Below, piece by piece: positions 23,478-36,262 of a stretch of DNA of 64,000 nucleotides. Both the position numbers and the translations under genes were made by a program. The notes under the pieces are model-generated. The model did not search any database. It had not been told where the DNA came from and saw only the letters and a list, made by a program, of their open reading frames with translations. Numbering within the stretch: position 1 is the first letter of the stretch; each line of letters starts with the position of its first letter. Source of the stretch: Phoronis australis (Eukaryota; Animalia; Phoronida); the NCBI GenBank assembly GCA_002633005.1, contig NMRA01000208.1, positions 344,956 through 408,955 of the forward strand, given 5' to 3'.

Positions 23478-26331
23478 TTTTTGTCCGCCCACATATTTTT
23501 ATGTGGGCGCATATTGCTGTCATCTCTATCTGGGCGTCCGCGGCTGTATCTCCTAAACCCCTTGCAAGATAGTATTGAAATTTGGCAGGTGTGTTCCTAT
23601 GGGATTGACGACAGATGGCGACGAGTTTCGGACCGACCTGAATACCGCTGTGCCCCCTAGTGCCAATTTTAGTTTTTTACGTACGCCTCTGTATCTTCAA
23701 AGGTCCTCAACCGATTTTCATGAAATTTGGCACATAGGCATGTATTAATGAGATGACGCTATTCTGCCGTTTTCGGATGGATTCGAGGTATTTTGCGCCA
23801 TCTATTGGCCATTCTTACCGTTTTCGAGTCAGGTTTTTTGGCGTCCGCCCCTCTTTGTCAACCAAATCACTCTAAGGATGATTGTGAAAATTGGCACGTA
23901 TGTTCTTATTATGAAGAGGACGGTTGCCAATGATTTTCCTACGGCTTTATCTACTGTGGTGCCTCTTAGTGGCAGTTAAGTTTTTTTTTGCGCCCATGGC
24001 TGTATTTCCTAAACCGTAAGCAGGATCTTTTCTAAATTTAGAATGTGTATTTATGTGATGTTGACAACGAATGAGCACGACTTCTGAACCGATTTGAACA
24101 TCGGTGTGCCCCTTAGTAACACTTTTAGTTTTTTACGCTGACCTCAACGTATATTCATAAAATTTGGCATATCAGCATCTATTAGTGAGATGACGCTATC
24201 CTCCTATTTTCGGATGGATTTGACGTAGTTTGCGCCACCTAGTGGCCATTTTTACTCTTTTCGAGTCTGTTTTTTGGCGTCTACCCCTCAACTAAACCGC
24301 TCTAAGAATGATTGTGAAGATTGGCGTGTATGTTGTTACTATGAAGAGGACAGTTGACGATGATTTTCTGACGTCTTCAACTACTGTGGCGCTTCCTAGT
24401 GGTAGTTTTGTTTTTTGCGCCCATGGCTGTATCTCCTAAACCGTTTGCAGGATCTTTGCTAAATTTAGCAAGTGTATTTATATGATGTTGACAACGAATG
24501 ACCACAACTTTCAGTCGGATCTGACTACCAGTGTGCCCCCTAGTGGTAATTTTAGTTTTTTAGGTTTAGCTCTGTATCTTCAAAGGTCCTCAACGGATTT
24601 TCAGAAAATTTGGAATTTAAGCATTTATTGGTGAGATGATGCTATCCTCATGAGGTACTTTGCGCCACCTAGTGACCATTTTTGCTATTTTCAAGTCGTT
24701 TTTAGGCATCCACCCCTCGATCAATCAAACCATTATATGGATGCTTTTGAAAATTGGCATGTATGTTCTCATTGTGAAGAGAACGGATGACAATAACGAC
24801 TTTGACTACTGAGGTGCCTCCTAGTGGTATTTTTATGCGCGCACATATTTATATGTGGGTGCATATTGCCGTCATCTCTGTCTGGGCGCCCGGCGTACGC
24901 GGTTGTATCTCCTAAACCACTTGCAAGATATTGAAATTTGGCAGGTGTGTTCCCAACGGGTTGACGACAGAGGGCGACGAGTTTCGGACCGACCCGAATA
25001 CCGCTGTGCCCCCTGGTGGCAATTTTAGGTTTTTACGTTTGCCTCTGTATCTTCAAAGGTCCTCAACCGATTTTCATGAAATTTGGCACATAGGCATCTA
25101 TTAATGAGATGACGCTATCCTTTTGTTTTCGGATGGATTCGAGGTATTTTTCACCACCTAGTGGCCATTTTTACTGTTTGCGAGTCTGTTTTTTGCGTCC
25201 ATCCCTCCATCAACCAAACCGCTCAAAGGATGATTGCGAAAATTCTCATATATGTTTTTACTATGAAGTGGACGGCTGATGATGGTTTTCCGACGACTTC
25301 AACTACTCTGGCGCCTCCTAGTGGCAATTTTTTTTGCCCCTATGGCTGTATCTCCTAAGCCGTTTGCAGGATCTTTACTAAATTTAGTGAGTCCATTTAT
25401 ATGATGTTAATAACGCAGGATGACGACTTTCGGACATATCTGACTACTGGTGTGCCACCTAGTGGCAATTTTATTTTTTTACGTTTACCTCTCTATCTTC
25501 AAAGGTCCTCAATGTATTTTCATAAAATTTGGCATACAGGCATCTGTTAATGAGGTGACGCCATATCTCCATTTTCAGATGGATTCGACCTAGTTTGCGC
25601 CACCTAGTGGCCATTTTTACTGTTTTCTAGTCTGTTTTTTTGGCGTCCACTCGTCTATCAACCAAACCGCTTTCAGAATAATTGTGAAAATTGGCATGTA
25701 TGTTTTAACTATGAAGTGGACGGCTGACGATGATTTTCCGACTTCGATTACTGTGGCGTCTCCTGTTGGCAGTTTTTTTTTTTGCGCTCATGGCTGTATT
25801 TCCTAAACCGTTTACAGGATCTTTACTTGATTTAGCAAATGTATTTATATGATGTTGACAACGAACAACGACGACTTTCGGACGGATCTGACCATTTGTG
25901 TGCCCCCTAGTGGCAATTTTAATTTTTTACGTTTACCTCTGTATCTTCAAAGGTCCAAAACAGATTTTCATAAAATTTTGAATATTGGCATCTATTGAAA
26001 AGATGACGCTTTGCTCCTGTTTTTGGATGGAATCTAGGTAATTTGCGCCACCTAGTGGCCATTTTTCAAACCCTGGTCAACCAAATCCTTCTAGGGATGG
26101 TTTTGAAAATTGAAATGTTCTCAGTGTGAAGAGGACGTTTGATGATGGCGACTGGCTACTGTGGCGCCTCCTAGTGGTAGCTCTGTTTTGTTTTGCATCC
26201 ATAGCTGTATTTGGATGGATTGTACGTTTTTGCGCCATCTAGTGGCCATTTTTATGATACAAATAACCCTAAAAGCACACCATTTGCGATGCACTCGTGG
26301 GCGCATTTCAACGCTCCGCGTTGCTCTTGTT
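23478..26331 (+). mobile_element. Helentron-associated non-autonomous element (HINE/DINE-1-like) with internal satellite; two 5' heads (23478, ~24830) and one 3' end
   Basis: Starts in a T-run, with 5' subterminal hairpin CGCCCACAT-N6-ATGTGGGCG (23486-23509). 3' subTIR GTGGGCGCA (26297), short hairpin CAACGC-TCC-GCGTTG (26309-26323), terminal CTTGTT, no TSD. This matches the established HINE architecture. Confidence 0.85.
23540..26250 (+). repeat. Satellite of ~150-bp monomers in an ABC higher-order repeat (~430-450 bp, about 6 units)
   Basis: Three recurring monomer types (GTGCCCCCTAGTGG, GCGCCACCTAGTGGCC, GCGCCTCCTAGTGG) in fixed order. Confidence 0.9.
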
Positions 26332-26598
26332 AGGAACTTCAAGATCTACTTGCAAACTTTTTACTGTGTGCGAGTCTATTGAATGACACAGCGGCTATTA
26401 ACCCGCCTTCAGCCTTGAACCATGAAAGAGCGTAACTTTTTATTTAAACCATCCCACTGTACGATAGGTATAGCGTGTTCCTTTCTCAGGTGGGGAATGA
26501 TTTCTGGTGTAGGAATGAATTGAGAGCTTTGTAATGTTGAGACCACCCCCAGCGCATAAAGAGACAATCCGTGATAAACCAACTGATATTATCTCAAG

Positions 26599-26640
26599 CG
26601 GTTATCTGTTAGTTATCTGTTAGTTATCTGTTAGTTATCT
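26599..26640. repeat. 11-bp tandem repeat (gttatctgtta) x ~4
   Basis: Seen directly in the sequence. Confidence 0.85.
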
Positions 26641-27879
26641 CTAGTACGAAAACTGTATCTAACTCTGCAAGGAAAAAGACCAGATTTTTAACTGTCTAAG
26701 TGTCGTAAATCAAATGTTCATTTTCACGGATGGTGATTTTAAAGCCGCTTTAATATGTATTAAAAATTAAGATTAAAGTTTTAGATTTTTCCGCGTACAC
26801 GTTGAAAATCAATAAGACTGATCTCCAGGGTTCTTCTTTGCGTCACAAGCTAACATGGTCTAATCGGACGGCGTGAGAACATTTTGTATGAATGTGCGCG
26901 GCGGATTCCGACAATGATCAACTAAAGGTGAAGAACATTGACCACCAGGGGTGTACTCGAACTCGAATGAGACTGTATATTTATTATAACTGGGTTCCAT
27001 TTACTGTATATTTATTATTACTGGGTTCCATTTAAGTGATGGAAATACTAAATGAAGATCCCTTTTGGAACCAAAGAACTGTACCTTGATGTGGTAAGTG
27101 TACGCTTAACCCATCAATTAAAGACTATTTTAGACACAACAAATTTGTTACGAACCGATTGCACAAAATATAAAACGTGTAATAAGCATTACAAAAAGAA
27201 GGTTTCGCGCGCAAACGCTATGGACCATAAACAAGTAGGTCTCTTAAGACTTCGTATCAATTTAGTAGTTAAATCGTGGTGGTGTAGTGGTAAAGCACGC
27301 CCGCTGTGTACGCTTGGTGGTGAGTTTAAGTCTTGTGGTACTTACAGTTTTTCCTAGCTGACACCTCTTTTTGCCATTTTTTGCTTGGATAATACTTCGG
27401 GAATCAAGGCAAATGCTTGATTCTTAGAGGAAATAACAGAAAATTTTCCTGGGCGGAGGGGGATTTGCCCCCCTCCCGACCTCCCCCATTCGGTGCTATG
27501 CGCATCTATAATCGTGCTTTGAGCAAATGTTTACGGACAAAATGTTGGCCCCCCTTGTGATATCCTAGATCCGCCATTGCAGTAAGAGATCAGCTTCAGG
27601 AATTTACCGAGCGATTTGAAAATAAATTTGATTATTATGTAGGGTGTCCCAAAAAGTCACCTTGTATTTTAACCTGAGTTAAGGATATATAGGTCTTTTG
27701 GACAAGACTGTATATGCAATCTAGTACTTACAAGCCTCGGCCAAAGGATATACTTTATGAAATCTGATGATGTCAATGTTTAATGTTCAAGATAAAATTT
27801 CTGAAACGCTGCCACAGTTTTCTAAGTTATCATTCCGTTTTCGTTTTGTGCAATTATATTTTTTTCATAAAACTATTTT

Positions 27880-27965
27880 GAGGAGGTAGTATGGCCTAGT
27901 GGAAAAAATGTCGGCTTGTTGTTCGAGTCCCACTTGGGCACACTGCGTGACCCTAGTCAGCTCTA
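27880..27965 (+). mobile_element. tRNA-derived SINE head
   Basis: A box TGGCCTAGTGG and B box GTTCGAGTCC; homologous to 16985-17083. Confidence 0.6.
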
Positions 27966-28892
27966 TTCTCTGTTAACTATATAAGCATAAAATAGTTCCA
28001 GGTGGTGAGTGCAATGGGCCCACCTGAGAGGCTATTTTTGTTTTTTTATATTTTGATACTCCCTCATCCAAAACTGAAAAAAATAAAAACAATTCCTAAT
28101 AACGTGGTGGAGCACAGTGCATAAAGCATAGTACGTGAAAGCCTCATGTGAAATCGGTCTGCCATTTCTGAGATATGATGTTTTGAAGTTGGCCAAAATT
28201 GGACATTTTCTAGGCTCCTACATAACCTTAAAGAATACATATTATGCATTTCGAAAATTATGATATCCCCGGGCTAATGGACTTCAACATTTTTGACGTC
28301 GTGGTGACATGCATGAGCCTTTAAATGAACAGAGAGTTGAAAATCGTAAGGAGGAGTGAAGCAGGTAACCCCATCAAACTGGATGACAATATTCTTACCA
28401 CGTAGTAGTTGGTTTCAACTTTCAACATAAATTGAGAGAGCATCAAAAGAACTGAAACAGTTCCAGTGTGGAAGCACTGGCCACCGTTTTCAAAAGTGAT
28501 TCTCTGCTCTTTGGAGTTTGACTTAATATAATCGTGTTGGAACTTTTGTGACATGCTGTATGGCTTGAGGTTGATTAACCGAATTACGACGTGCACTTAA
28601 GGCGGCGAATTGCAAGGAAATGTCGCTTTGCAACAAACGTCGAATGATTCCGGTAAAAGCGGTGATTTATTTCCGGAAAGTTAACGGAGTGGTACATCAA
28701 AGATGCCACACTTTCAGTGAAATACCTATCGCTGTTGACACGCAGGTCGAAAGTCTTCCGATGTTGCTCAACACGAAGGCCCTAGGCTATGATGAATCTG
28801 ATCCGGCACTACACATCTTATGATCTCATATTCTTAATTCACTTCAAATGTAATTTTACTTAGATCCTTCGTTGATCACTTTCATGCGGAAA

Positions 28893-30554
28893 TTAGAGCG
28901 CACCGTTCAAGGAAGTAATGGATAAAAAGTATCCCAGAGACACGACTAAACTCGCGACACTTGCATTGTACAATAGTTTCGGGATGTTTCTTGTATTCCA
29001 CGATGGTTCTTGTCTAGTGCAGATGGATGTTTCCGAAAGTGAACCTTTCTTGTACTCTAGCAAACGTCCCCGATTATGTTCTCTCGCTTTGTAGAGCATC
29101 TCAGAATGTATCATTCTGGCCGGTTTAAAGTGATTTACTGGATATTCTTTGATCTCTGTTAGATTTAATGTGGCTTTCGACCTCTGTGTCGTTGCTGAAC
29201 AACTGTCTTTGTTTTTGATTCCTGAAATGGTGCTGGAGTTATTTGGTTGATCTTCGATAGTTTCACCAAGTGACGTTTTGAAGTCATAGATACCATCCTC
29301 ATCAAGTGATTTAGGGATGTCTTTCAAAATGTCTGTGCATCTCTCATTTGCGAGCGCATCGTCTACTCCTTCTTTAGCTTTCTGCGGTGTGTCACTCTGC
29401 TCCATTTCGTTGGCTACTTGCATGAGAAGGTTGTACACGTTAATGCCATCTTCGTCCACACATTTGTCCTTTTTATTTAATGGTTCATAAGAAGTTTCGT
29501 TCACCCTTACTTTCCCGTCACAACTATTGGAGAAACTCGTTTCAAAAGGATCCAAACATGCTTGTGGTGTAGCTTTCGGGTCAGTAAAAGATTTTTCCAA
29601 GACATCCATCTCTTTGTCAGTCTTTTCATTTTGTCCGTTGTGCTGTGTCTTGAAAGTGGCATCGACGTCTTCGGCTTGACTTTCTAAACACGTGTGCAAA
29701 GATTCACGTGACTGGGAACCTTCGAGTAAGCGGTCCTCTCCCGTCGACGCACCGACTTCTCGTTGACCTATTTCAAAAATGATCGACAGCTGCTCAATGG
29801 TGCGTCGTGCCTCGGATGAATTGCTTTCTGTATCGGCAAGGTAGCCCTCCCTTTTTATGCAGTTTTCCTCTAAATTTTTGGCTTGAAGATCACTTTTTTC
29901 AACAAGGTGACCGATTTCTTCGTATATTGTGTCCAGTTGAGGTTTTAAGATGTTCTGCTGGAGTTCAGCTAATGCTTCCTGGAATTTCCTGGTGTCAGCG
30001 GTTTTCACATCACCCGTCTCGTCAATGCATGCTCTAATAAGGGCTGTGTAACACGGTATTGGTTTTTTCTGGGAATTGCGTCGTGCGCTGGAGTACTGCA
30101 CTCGCGGAGCTCCAGTGGCTGTTTGACTTAAGGGAGGTGACATGGTTGTCGACGTTCTTTCTGTCCGTATACTTGGCGCATTGGTGAATATGCCTCCAAG
30201 CTGGTTAAAACCTGGTATTTTTGCAGGCGAAACATTGTTCCTTAGGTGACGCCTAGTGGACAGCCTGGTGCCGCTCGATTTTAACATTTCATTCCTCACT
30301 TTCCACTTAAGAGGTTTTAAGAAATTATCCGCGCCGTGGCATTCTTTTTGACAAATCCCTTTGATGGAATGGTTTCCAAAATTTCGTATAAGACTGTTAA
30401 CATCAATCATCAGAGCTTTGTTTGATTTTTCTTTTCTTTCTTTGCCGACGAAATCCTTTATTTTTACACTAATTTCACTACTTTCCGTCTGTTTGTCGGG
30501 GGGTGGAAATTCAATTTTGTCCAATGTTTCGCGTAGCAGTGTTCTTTCGGCCAT
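28893..30554 (-). CDS. Uncharacterised 553-aa protein: basic N-terminal half, predicted coiled coil, acidic disordered region, C-terminal hydrophobic helix
   Basis: 1.66-kb uninterrupted ORF in AT-rich DNA, ATG in context aaaATGG. An acceptor (cctttgcag) just upstream of 30597 opens the same frame, so an upstream exon is possible. No family recognised. Confidence 0.75.
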   Translation of the reverse strand: MAERTLLRETLDKIEFPPPDKQTESSEISVKIKDFVGKERKEKSNKALMIDVNSLIRNFGNHSIKGICQKECHGADNFLKPLKWKVRNEMLKSSGTRLSTRRHLRNNVSPAKIPGFNQLGGIFTNAPSIRTERTSTTMSPPLSQTATGAPRVQYSSARRNSQKKPIPCYTALIRACIDETGDVKTADTRKFQEALAELQQNILKPQLDTIYEEIGHLVEKSDLQAKNLEENCIKREGYLADTESNSSEARRTIEQLSIIFEIGQREVGASTGEDRLLEGSQSRESLHTCLESQAEDVDATFKTQHNGQNEKTDKEMDVLEKSFTDPKATPQACLDPFETSFSNSCDGKVRVNETSYEPLNKKDKCVDEDGINVYNLLMQVANEMEQSDTPQKAKEGVDDALANERCTDILKDIPKSLDEDGIYDFKTSLGETIEDQPNNSSTISGIKNKDSCSATTQRSKATLNLTEIKEYPVNHFKPARMIHSEMLYKAREHNRGRLLEYKKGSLSETSICTRQEPSWNTRNIPKLLYNASVASLVVSLGYFLSITSLNGAL

Positions 30555-33500
30555 TTTGTTACGGAGTGATGTATTGAGAAAGTGGCGTGATGTTTGCCTG
30601 CAAAGGACACGGGTTCAGAATATATCGCGCCTTTTTCGACTGGATTGAGACATGTATTTTAATGTGGGCCTACTTGTTCCTTTTGACGGAAGTACCGGTA
30701 TATATTTTCTTTTTGATTTCTCAATAATTACTTCTAAACACATTTTGTAAACATTCTTCAGTTGTAATAGCATTAGTGCACACCTGTGCTTTCGAATGTT
30801 AATTATTTTAAACTCTTCCCTGTTGATATGGTGTTTCAGGAGAGATGTGAGCTGAAGTCTGTTGCCGGAACTGAGAGGTGAAGTGTGTATCGTGCAATGT
30901 AAAAGCTTGGAGAAATCACTTCAATGTGATTACAAATTCGGCATTATATTTAAAGTCGTGATAAGATTTCTAAAAAAATCTTTCGAACTTTACAAAAAAT
31001 ATTTCCAAAATCGTGCACTTTGCTACTTAAGTTTATTCGGTTTTTTATCTACTTTCGGAGAATTTTAACAATTTCTTTATTCTGATCATACCGAAACAAC
31101 TTTGAAAAGGGTTAATCTTTTGCTAACTCAGTTACAAAAACTTATATACCTAGATAATTTTAGAAAAAAGTCGATAACATTTAGAATACAAGTTTATATT
31201 TTATGATTTTGTCTGTATGCATTTTTGACAGAATGATAACGATGCTGGGCGACAATATTCATGAAAATCAAAAAGGAATCCTTGCTGGTAGATATACTGG
31301 TGAAAATACAAGATGTACATACGGTGTTCTACATCACTAAAGAATACGATGTATTTCGAATGTTAATGATTGTCGGCTTTGATAGCGTTTTTTAGACATT
31401 TGTATATATTGTTTACCCTTCTTCAACTTCGGCAAAACACAGTTTAGAGTATTCATGCGCCTTGCTGTGCATATCATTACCGCGCATGTCAAAATCATAA
31501 ATAACCTTCATGCCTTCAAAAGATTTTTTTCACTTTCATTCGGTTTTCTGGATTCGTCAAAAAATCTCTGTCCAACTTAATCCCAACCCCTGGCTTCTTG
31601 TTTTTGTGTTATAGTTGTGTTCCGACATGTAAATATTTTTTTTCTGATTTTATGGAATTTTGCGCATGTGCATTAGTGATCAATGCTGTCTACACGGCCA
31701 CGCCACATATAGTATGTGGTGGTCAACTAGCCGAAATATGGCAATAGTTGCGTGGGCAACTTTTAACGTGGCCATAAACCTGCGTTCCGTCCAAAAAGCA
31801 ATTTAGGCCATTTACTACTACAACATCGGTCACAATTTGATCGTTACTCAGATGAGAAGCGATGTCTGGTTTCTAAAGAACTAACAGTTCTGTATTTCTT
31901 GATACTTTGCTCGGCGCATACTGGATGACACACCGTGATAGGCAAACTTGTAGAGCCGGCACAATGATAATCATGATATAGGGAACTGTCATAGCGGGCC
32001 TATAGCATCTTTAAAATAAACGAAAGAAATTTTAGCGTTCACGTTTGCGAAAATGAATGTTTTAAACTATTGATGTCTTGGGGTTATGAGGAAACTCATT
32101 CGAGGTTCTCAATAAGCACGAGAAAACTGAGAGAGAATGTGCAATTTAAATTTCTTGAGTGTCGGGTGCGAGCGTCCCTCCTCGCTTCCGACGCCTATGA
32201 AGCACGGGTTACTTTCGAAAAACAAATCAATGTTTAAAGTAACGTGTGCATGGTTTTCAATACAATACCTTTATCGTCGTTCAAGTAATTCTGCAGTGAC
32301 GTCATAAACGCTCGGGCCTTCTGGGAATGATCTAGCAGTTTTCAGCTAACCGTCTGTGGAGGCCCTTAATTATGCCACTTAAAAGTTCAACGCAGACATC
32401 CATTTTAGATCCCATGGCAAAATAAAATTCGCTCAATAAGTTACTCAGGCGTGAATTGAGTTTGCTGGTTTGTTTGTTATTTTGTGAAATAATATTTCTC
32501 CAATTATGTTGCTTTCCGCGAAGTATGTTTGTTTTTGTTTGTACGCAAGCTAAAGGTCACATTTTCTTGCGATCGACATGGAATTCACACGAAATGTGCA
32601 TCTCGTTAAAATCTCGACGCATTTTGTTTTGGGACTAAATTGGTCCAGAGATGTCGCTGTGGCGGCCATTTTTCGAAGTTCGTTTCGTTGCTATCCATTG
32701 ACGGACTCTTTTGAAATTTAGCATGCACACAGATCTCGCCAAGGATGATCTGGATTTTGTGATGCGTTTCTCTCTACGACCTTCCGTTCTGGAGTTATTC
32801 AAGACTTTCTGAGCACTGCCATGGTTATAATCATCAACCTCATTTCATACTATTTACTATAGCCTGGGCCTCCCTCCAACTCTGGATCTGCCCATGTGCC
32901 AAAACCTTGGTAAGTAGACTACCTTCCAATGCAATGAAGGGCCACAATATGTATCAGCGGTTATTGCACTTATTATCGCATCCGAGATATATTGTGGGCC
33001 TGGAGACAATATGTGCCGATGTCATGCATATATTGTCACACTCGGCATAAATTGTCGCCTAGGTGACCATGTGTGTCGAGTGCGCCAGTATACGTCATGT
33101 TGCAATTCAACACATAAGACAACTCACTTGCCCTCGAGGCATGCATCATGCTAGGACTTTTCGACAATTAAGTGACGGACACTGAAACTTTTGGCCTCAA
33201 CCTCAGATTATTCATGCTGTTACCGGCGATCCGTGTAGTTAACACAACTCCAAAACCTTACATGAATATTTTTTCCAGCTGCACTATGTAATATAAAGAC
33301 GACAACGGATGCATCCTTCACATTAAGTGTGTCGCAGTCTGCTCTCAAGGTAGCGCCTACGCCCAATCCTAAGCGTACTTGCAGAACTCTATTTAGCCGA
33401 GATAGAACTTGACAGCGTTGCCTGGCCTATTTTCAACCCAGAGATCATTAGTTACAGTGGTGTAGCTGACAAATTTTAGGCTGTCGTCCACATGGATCTC

Positions 33501-33869
33501 ACGCAAACACCGCTTCGGAAAGTCCGTGCACCTCAGTACGCCCGCGACAAGTGCGTCCTCCAACAAAAAACTTTGATGAACTCGAACGTGAGTACAGCGT
33601 CAGATAAACTATACAATGTATCTTAAGTTTAATGGGTTTAATTGTTTGACGACATTCGATGGACAAAGACGGAATCAGAAGGGTTCCAACCAACTTATTC
33701 GTACAAACAACACGATGACGTGATTGCTTCTCCTTTCACGGAAAATGGCCTAGCTTTACAAAGAACGAGTTTTTTGAAGTTAAAACAAAAACACAGCAAA
33801 CACAGTGCTAATACGTTGCCAAGTCACCATGGCTTCGAAGGAAGTAAACAAAGTAAAAAGTCAAATCAA

Positions 33870-35560
33870 CCATAAATCCAATCGTCTGTTTGTCAATGAG
33901 GATTGAGGTGCTACCGTCGCGATCTCCTTGGTGCCTCTGGATGAGCAATGATCTTCAGAAGCAGGCGTAGTCGTAGATTCACTGTGGGGAGGGGGTGAAT
34001 TAGGTTGAGGAACGAAGGCGGGTGACACTGGTGAGGTAAAAAGCGTGTTACGTGAATATGGTGAACTGTCGTTGTGCCATTGAGCTGGAGCAGAGGACGA
34101 AAGCAACGACGAAACGTTGCGGCCGTCGAGGAAACAAGCGGCAGTGGCAGATAATGCAGCTGGAATGCCAGTGACCTCTGACGGAACACGGTAGCGCTCG
34201 ATGCGTTTGGCACGGTAAGAGGCATTGCGTAGCTGTTCTCCAGAGCATTTCCAAACATGCCATCGGAAGCGACAACGAAGTATCATGTACGGGGCTCTGG
34301 ACTTGTCCCTGTCGGAGTAGAGATAAACGAGGTCGCCGATGGTTGAGTTGCATTCTACTGCCTAGCTGGTAGCTGGTTGGCCAAAGGAGCCTTGGATCGC
34401 TCACTGGGTCCACGTTTGATGGAGCGCCGTTGTCGTTGGGAAGAGATCATCAAGTTGCCATGAACTGGTATTTGACAATTCGCTGAAACCACATCTCTCT
34501 GGTGGAGAAGACGGTGGAGCGAAGACGACAGCTCAATCGAGCAAATGCAACGGCAACGGCCAGGTGTAAGGGAATGACATTGTTGGTAGCGTGCTGGTGA
34601 CACAGTAACATTGTGACAACTCCTGCATGATCTTCTCTGCAACAGGGTTATAGCTGGGATTCTTGATGCGTCCGATCTCCATTGAATTGCGATGGTGTTC
34701 AAGGTGTTTGCCCTTTTGCAGGGCGGATAACCGCGTGATGGCCATCTAAAGAGCACATTTCAAGGCAAATTTGGAGAAAACCATTTTCGGAAGATTCTCG
34801 TGGCATTCAGTATCAATGATAGAAGTAGAGTAAGCTGTGGAACCAGCTACGAGAGGTTTGTTTCGCCAAACCACAAATAAACTAATTGACGCGATAGTGG
34901 CGACGTGGAGATAGCGCTTAACGTCTTGAGAATTGGTGGCTTCTTTGCGTGCCACGTTCCTTGGGTGAGACGCGAGCGTACTCGACGTAAATCGGGACAC
35001 TCAGACTGAATAGATAACATAACCGAGCGGTGAAGGGCTTCGGCAGCAGTCGTACGAAGCACCGCACTATCTTCCAGAGCGTTCACGGAAAGGCGCGCTT
35101 GGCATGATGCGTCAGTGCAGTCTGAGCTGGCGACTCGCGAAGTCAGAGACGGTGTTAATGACACCAGATGAGTGACGAACGATAGTCTAATAGCGAGAAT
35201 CTGTGGACAGAAATGTCGACAAACAAGGGCCGACTGAAAATTCACCTATGCGCAGTTTCTCGAAAGCTTATATAGGCTTGATGCCTGTAAATATGATCGC
35301 AGTATTTGCTGACTGAATCAAGTAGGACCTTTTGGGCCGAGTTGGAGGCAACCTGTTCCTGTTACTCATCGGTCCATGCAAAGCGTTATTTCGATTCGCA
35401 ACCAGATATAGCGGTGTCCAGTGGGGCGATGAAAGATGCACAGTAAGATATGACACCCGACATAGCTTTCACCGCTCCAATGTAGGACCTCGTTCTGTCG
35501 AACAGTACTGGGTTTCGGACAAGACGAGAGAGTAGCTACTCTCTTCCAATTTACACAACT
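33870..35560 (-). mobile_element. Decayed Ty3/Gypsy LTR-retrotransposon pol (RNase H-integrase region), frameshifted
   Basis: Colinear fragments across frames: IQSECPDLRRV, DVKRYLHVATIA, EIGRIKNPSYNPVAEKIMQEL, GDLVYLYSDRDKSRA, QLRNASYR. These resemble invertebrate Gypsy integrase regions (recognised from memory). Many stops; LTRs not identified. Confidence 0.8.
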
Positions 35561-36262
35561 GAGTTTGCGGTAAGTGCATTCAGACAGGGAGATTCTGGTA
35601 TCCATTTTATTCCCTAGCATTAAAAGCAGTTCAAAGTTTTCTCTGGTAAACTTCGTCTCAGTGGCGGATCTAGGATATCACAAGGGGGGCGTGATCACCA
35701 CTTGTCAGTCGCTGTACTCTAGTAGCTGCACAGCCCAGCTGTCACTGTATTTTTGTTATGTCTGCGTAAATACAAATCTATGCACTACTGCTAAACCCTG
35801 TCCCGTTTTGTTCTTTCCTGTCAATACCTACCGTATCATTCAGTCCTTCGCAGGTAAGCCATGCCAGTGCTCCATCTTGCAGAGTTTAATTGTTTTTATA
35901 ACGATAAGGCTTACAAACTTCCACGAAGTGTTAGAATGTTTTGCGAACAAAAGTAGATGTCCCCACTTAATTTCTTTCCAAAAAAACCCAGGAGCTGAAG
36001 TGGAAATCGCAAGTCAACGTTACTGATGCACCCATGGTGCAGAGAAGTGTTAACCTGTTCTCGTAATTTTACTTGTGATACGAGATTATAGTGGTTCCAG
36101 ATACGGTTCCTTCATAGAAGTGTGGCCACAAATACAGGTGCTTTCTCTTGGCAACTGTAGGTGTTTACCGGAATCTGATTATCGATGATCGTTGCTTTAT
36201 ACTGTCCTATCATCGGTTATGAAACCGTTTTCAATCCCATGGCACCACTAGATAACGCCACG

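Noticed and set aside
23540-26250. CRISPR-like repeat-spacer pattern around CCTAGTGG
   Set aside because: The intervening sequences are homologous every third unit, so this is a satellite HOR without unique spacers.
27275-27345. Possible tRNA gene
   Set aside because: A-box-like start only; degenerate B box and no acceptor stem, so at most a SINE relic.
34900-34960. Plus-strand IALNVLRIGGFF resembling a methyltransferase or viral motif
   Set aside because: Antisense to the Gypsy pol remnant, in a frame full of stops.
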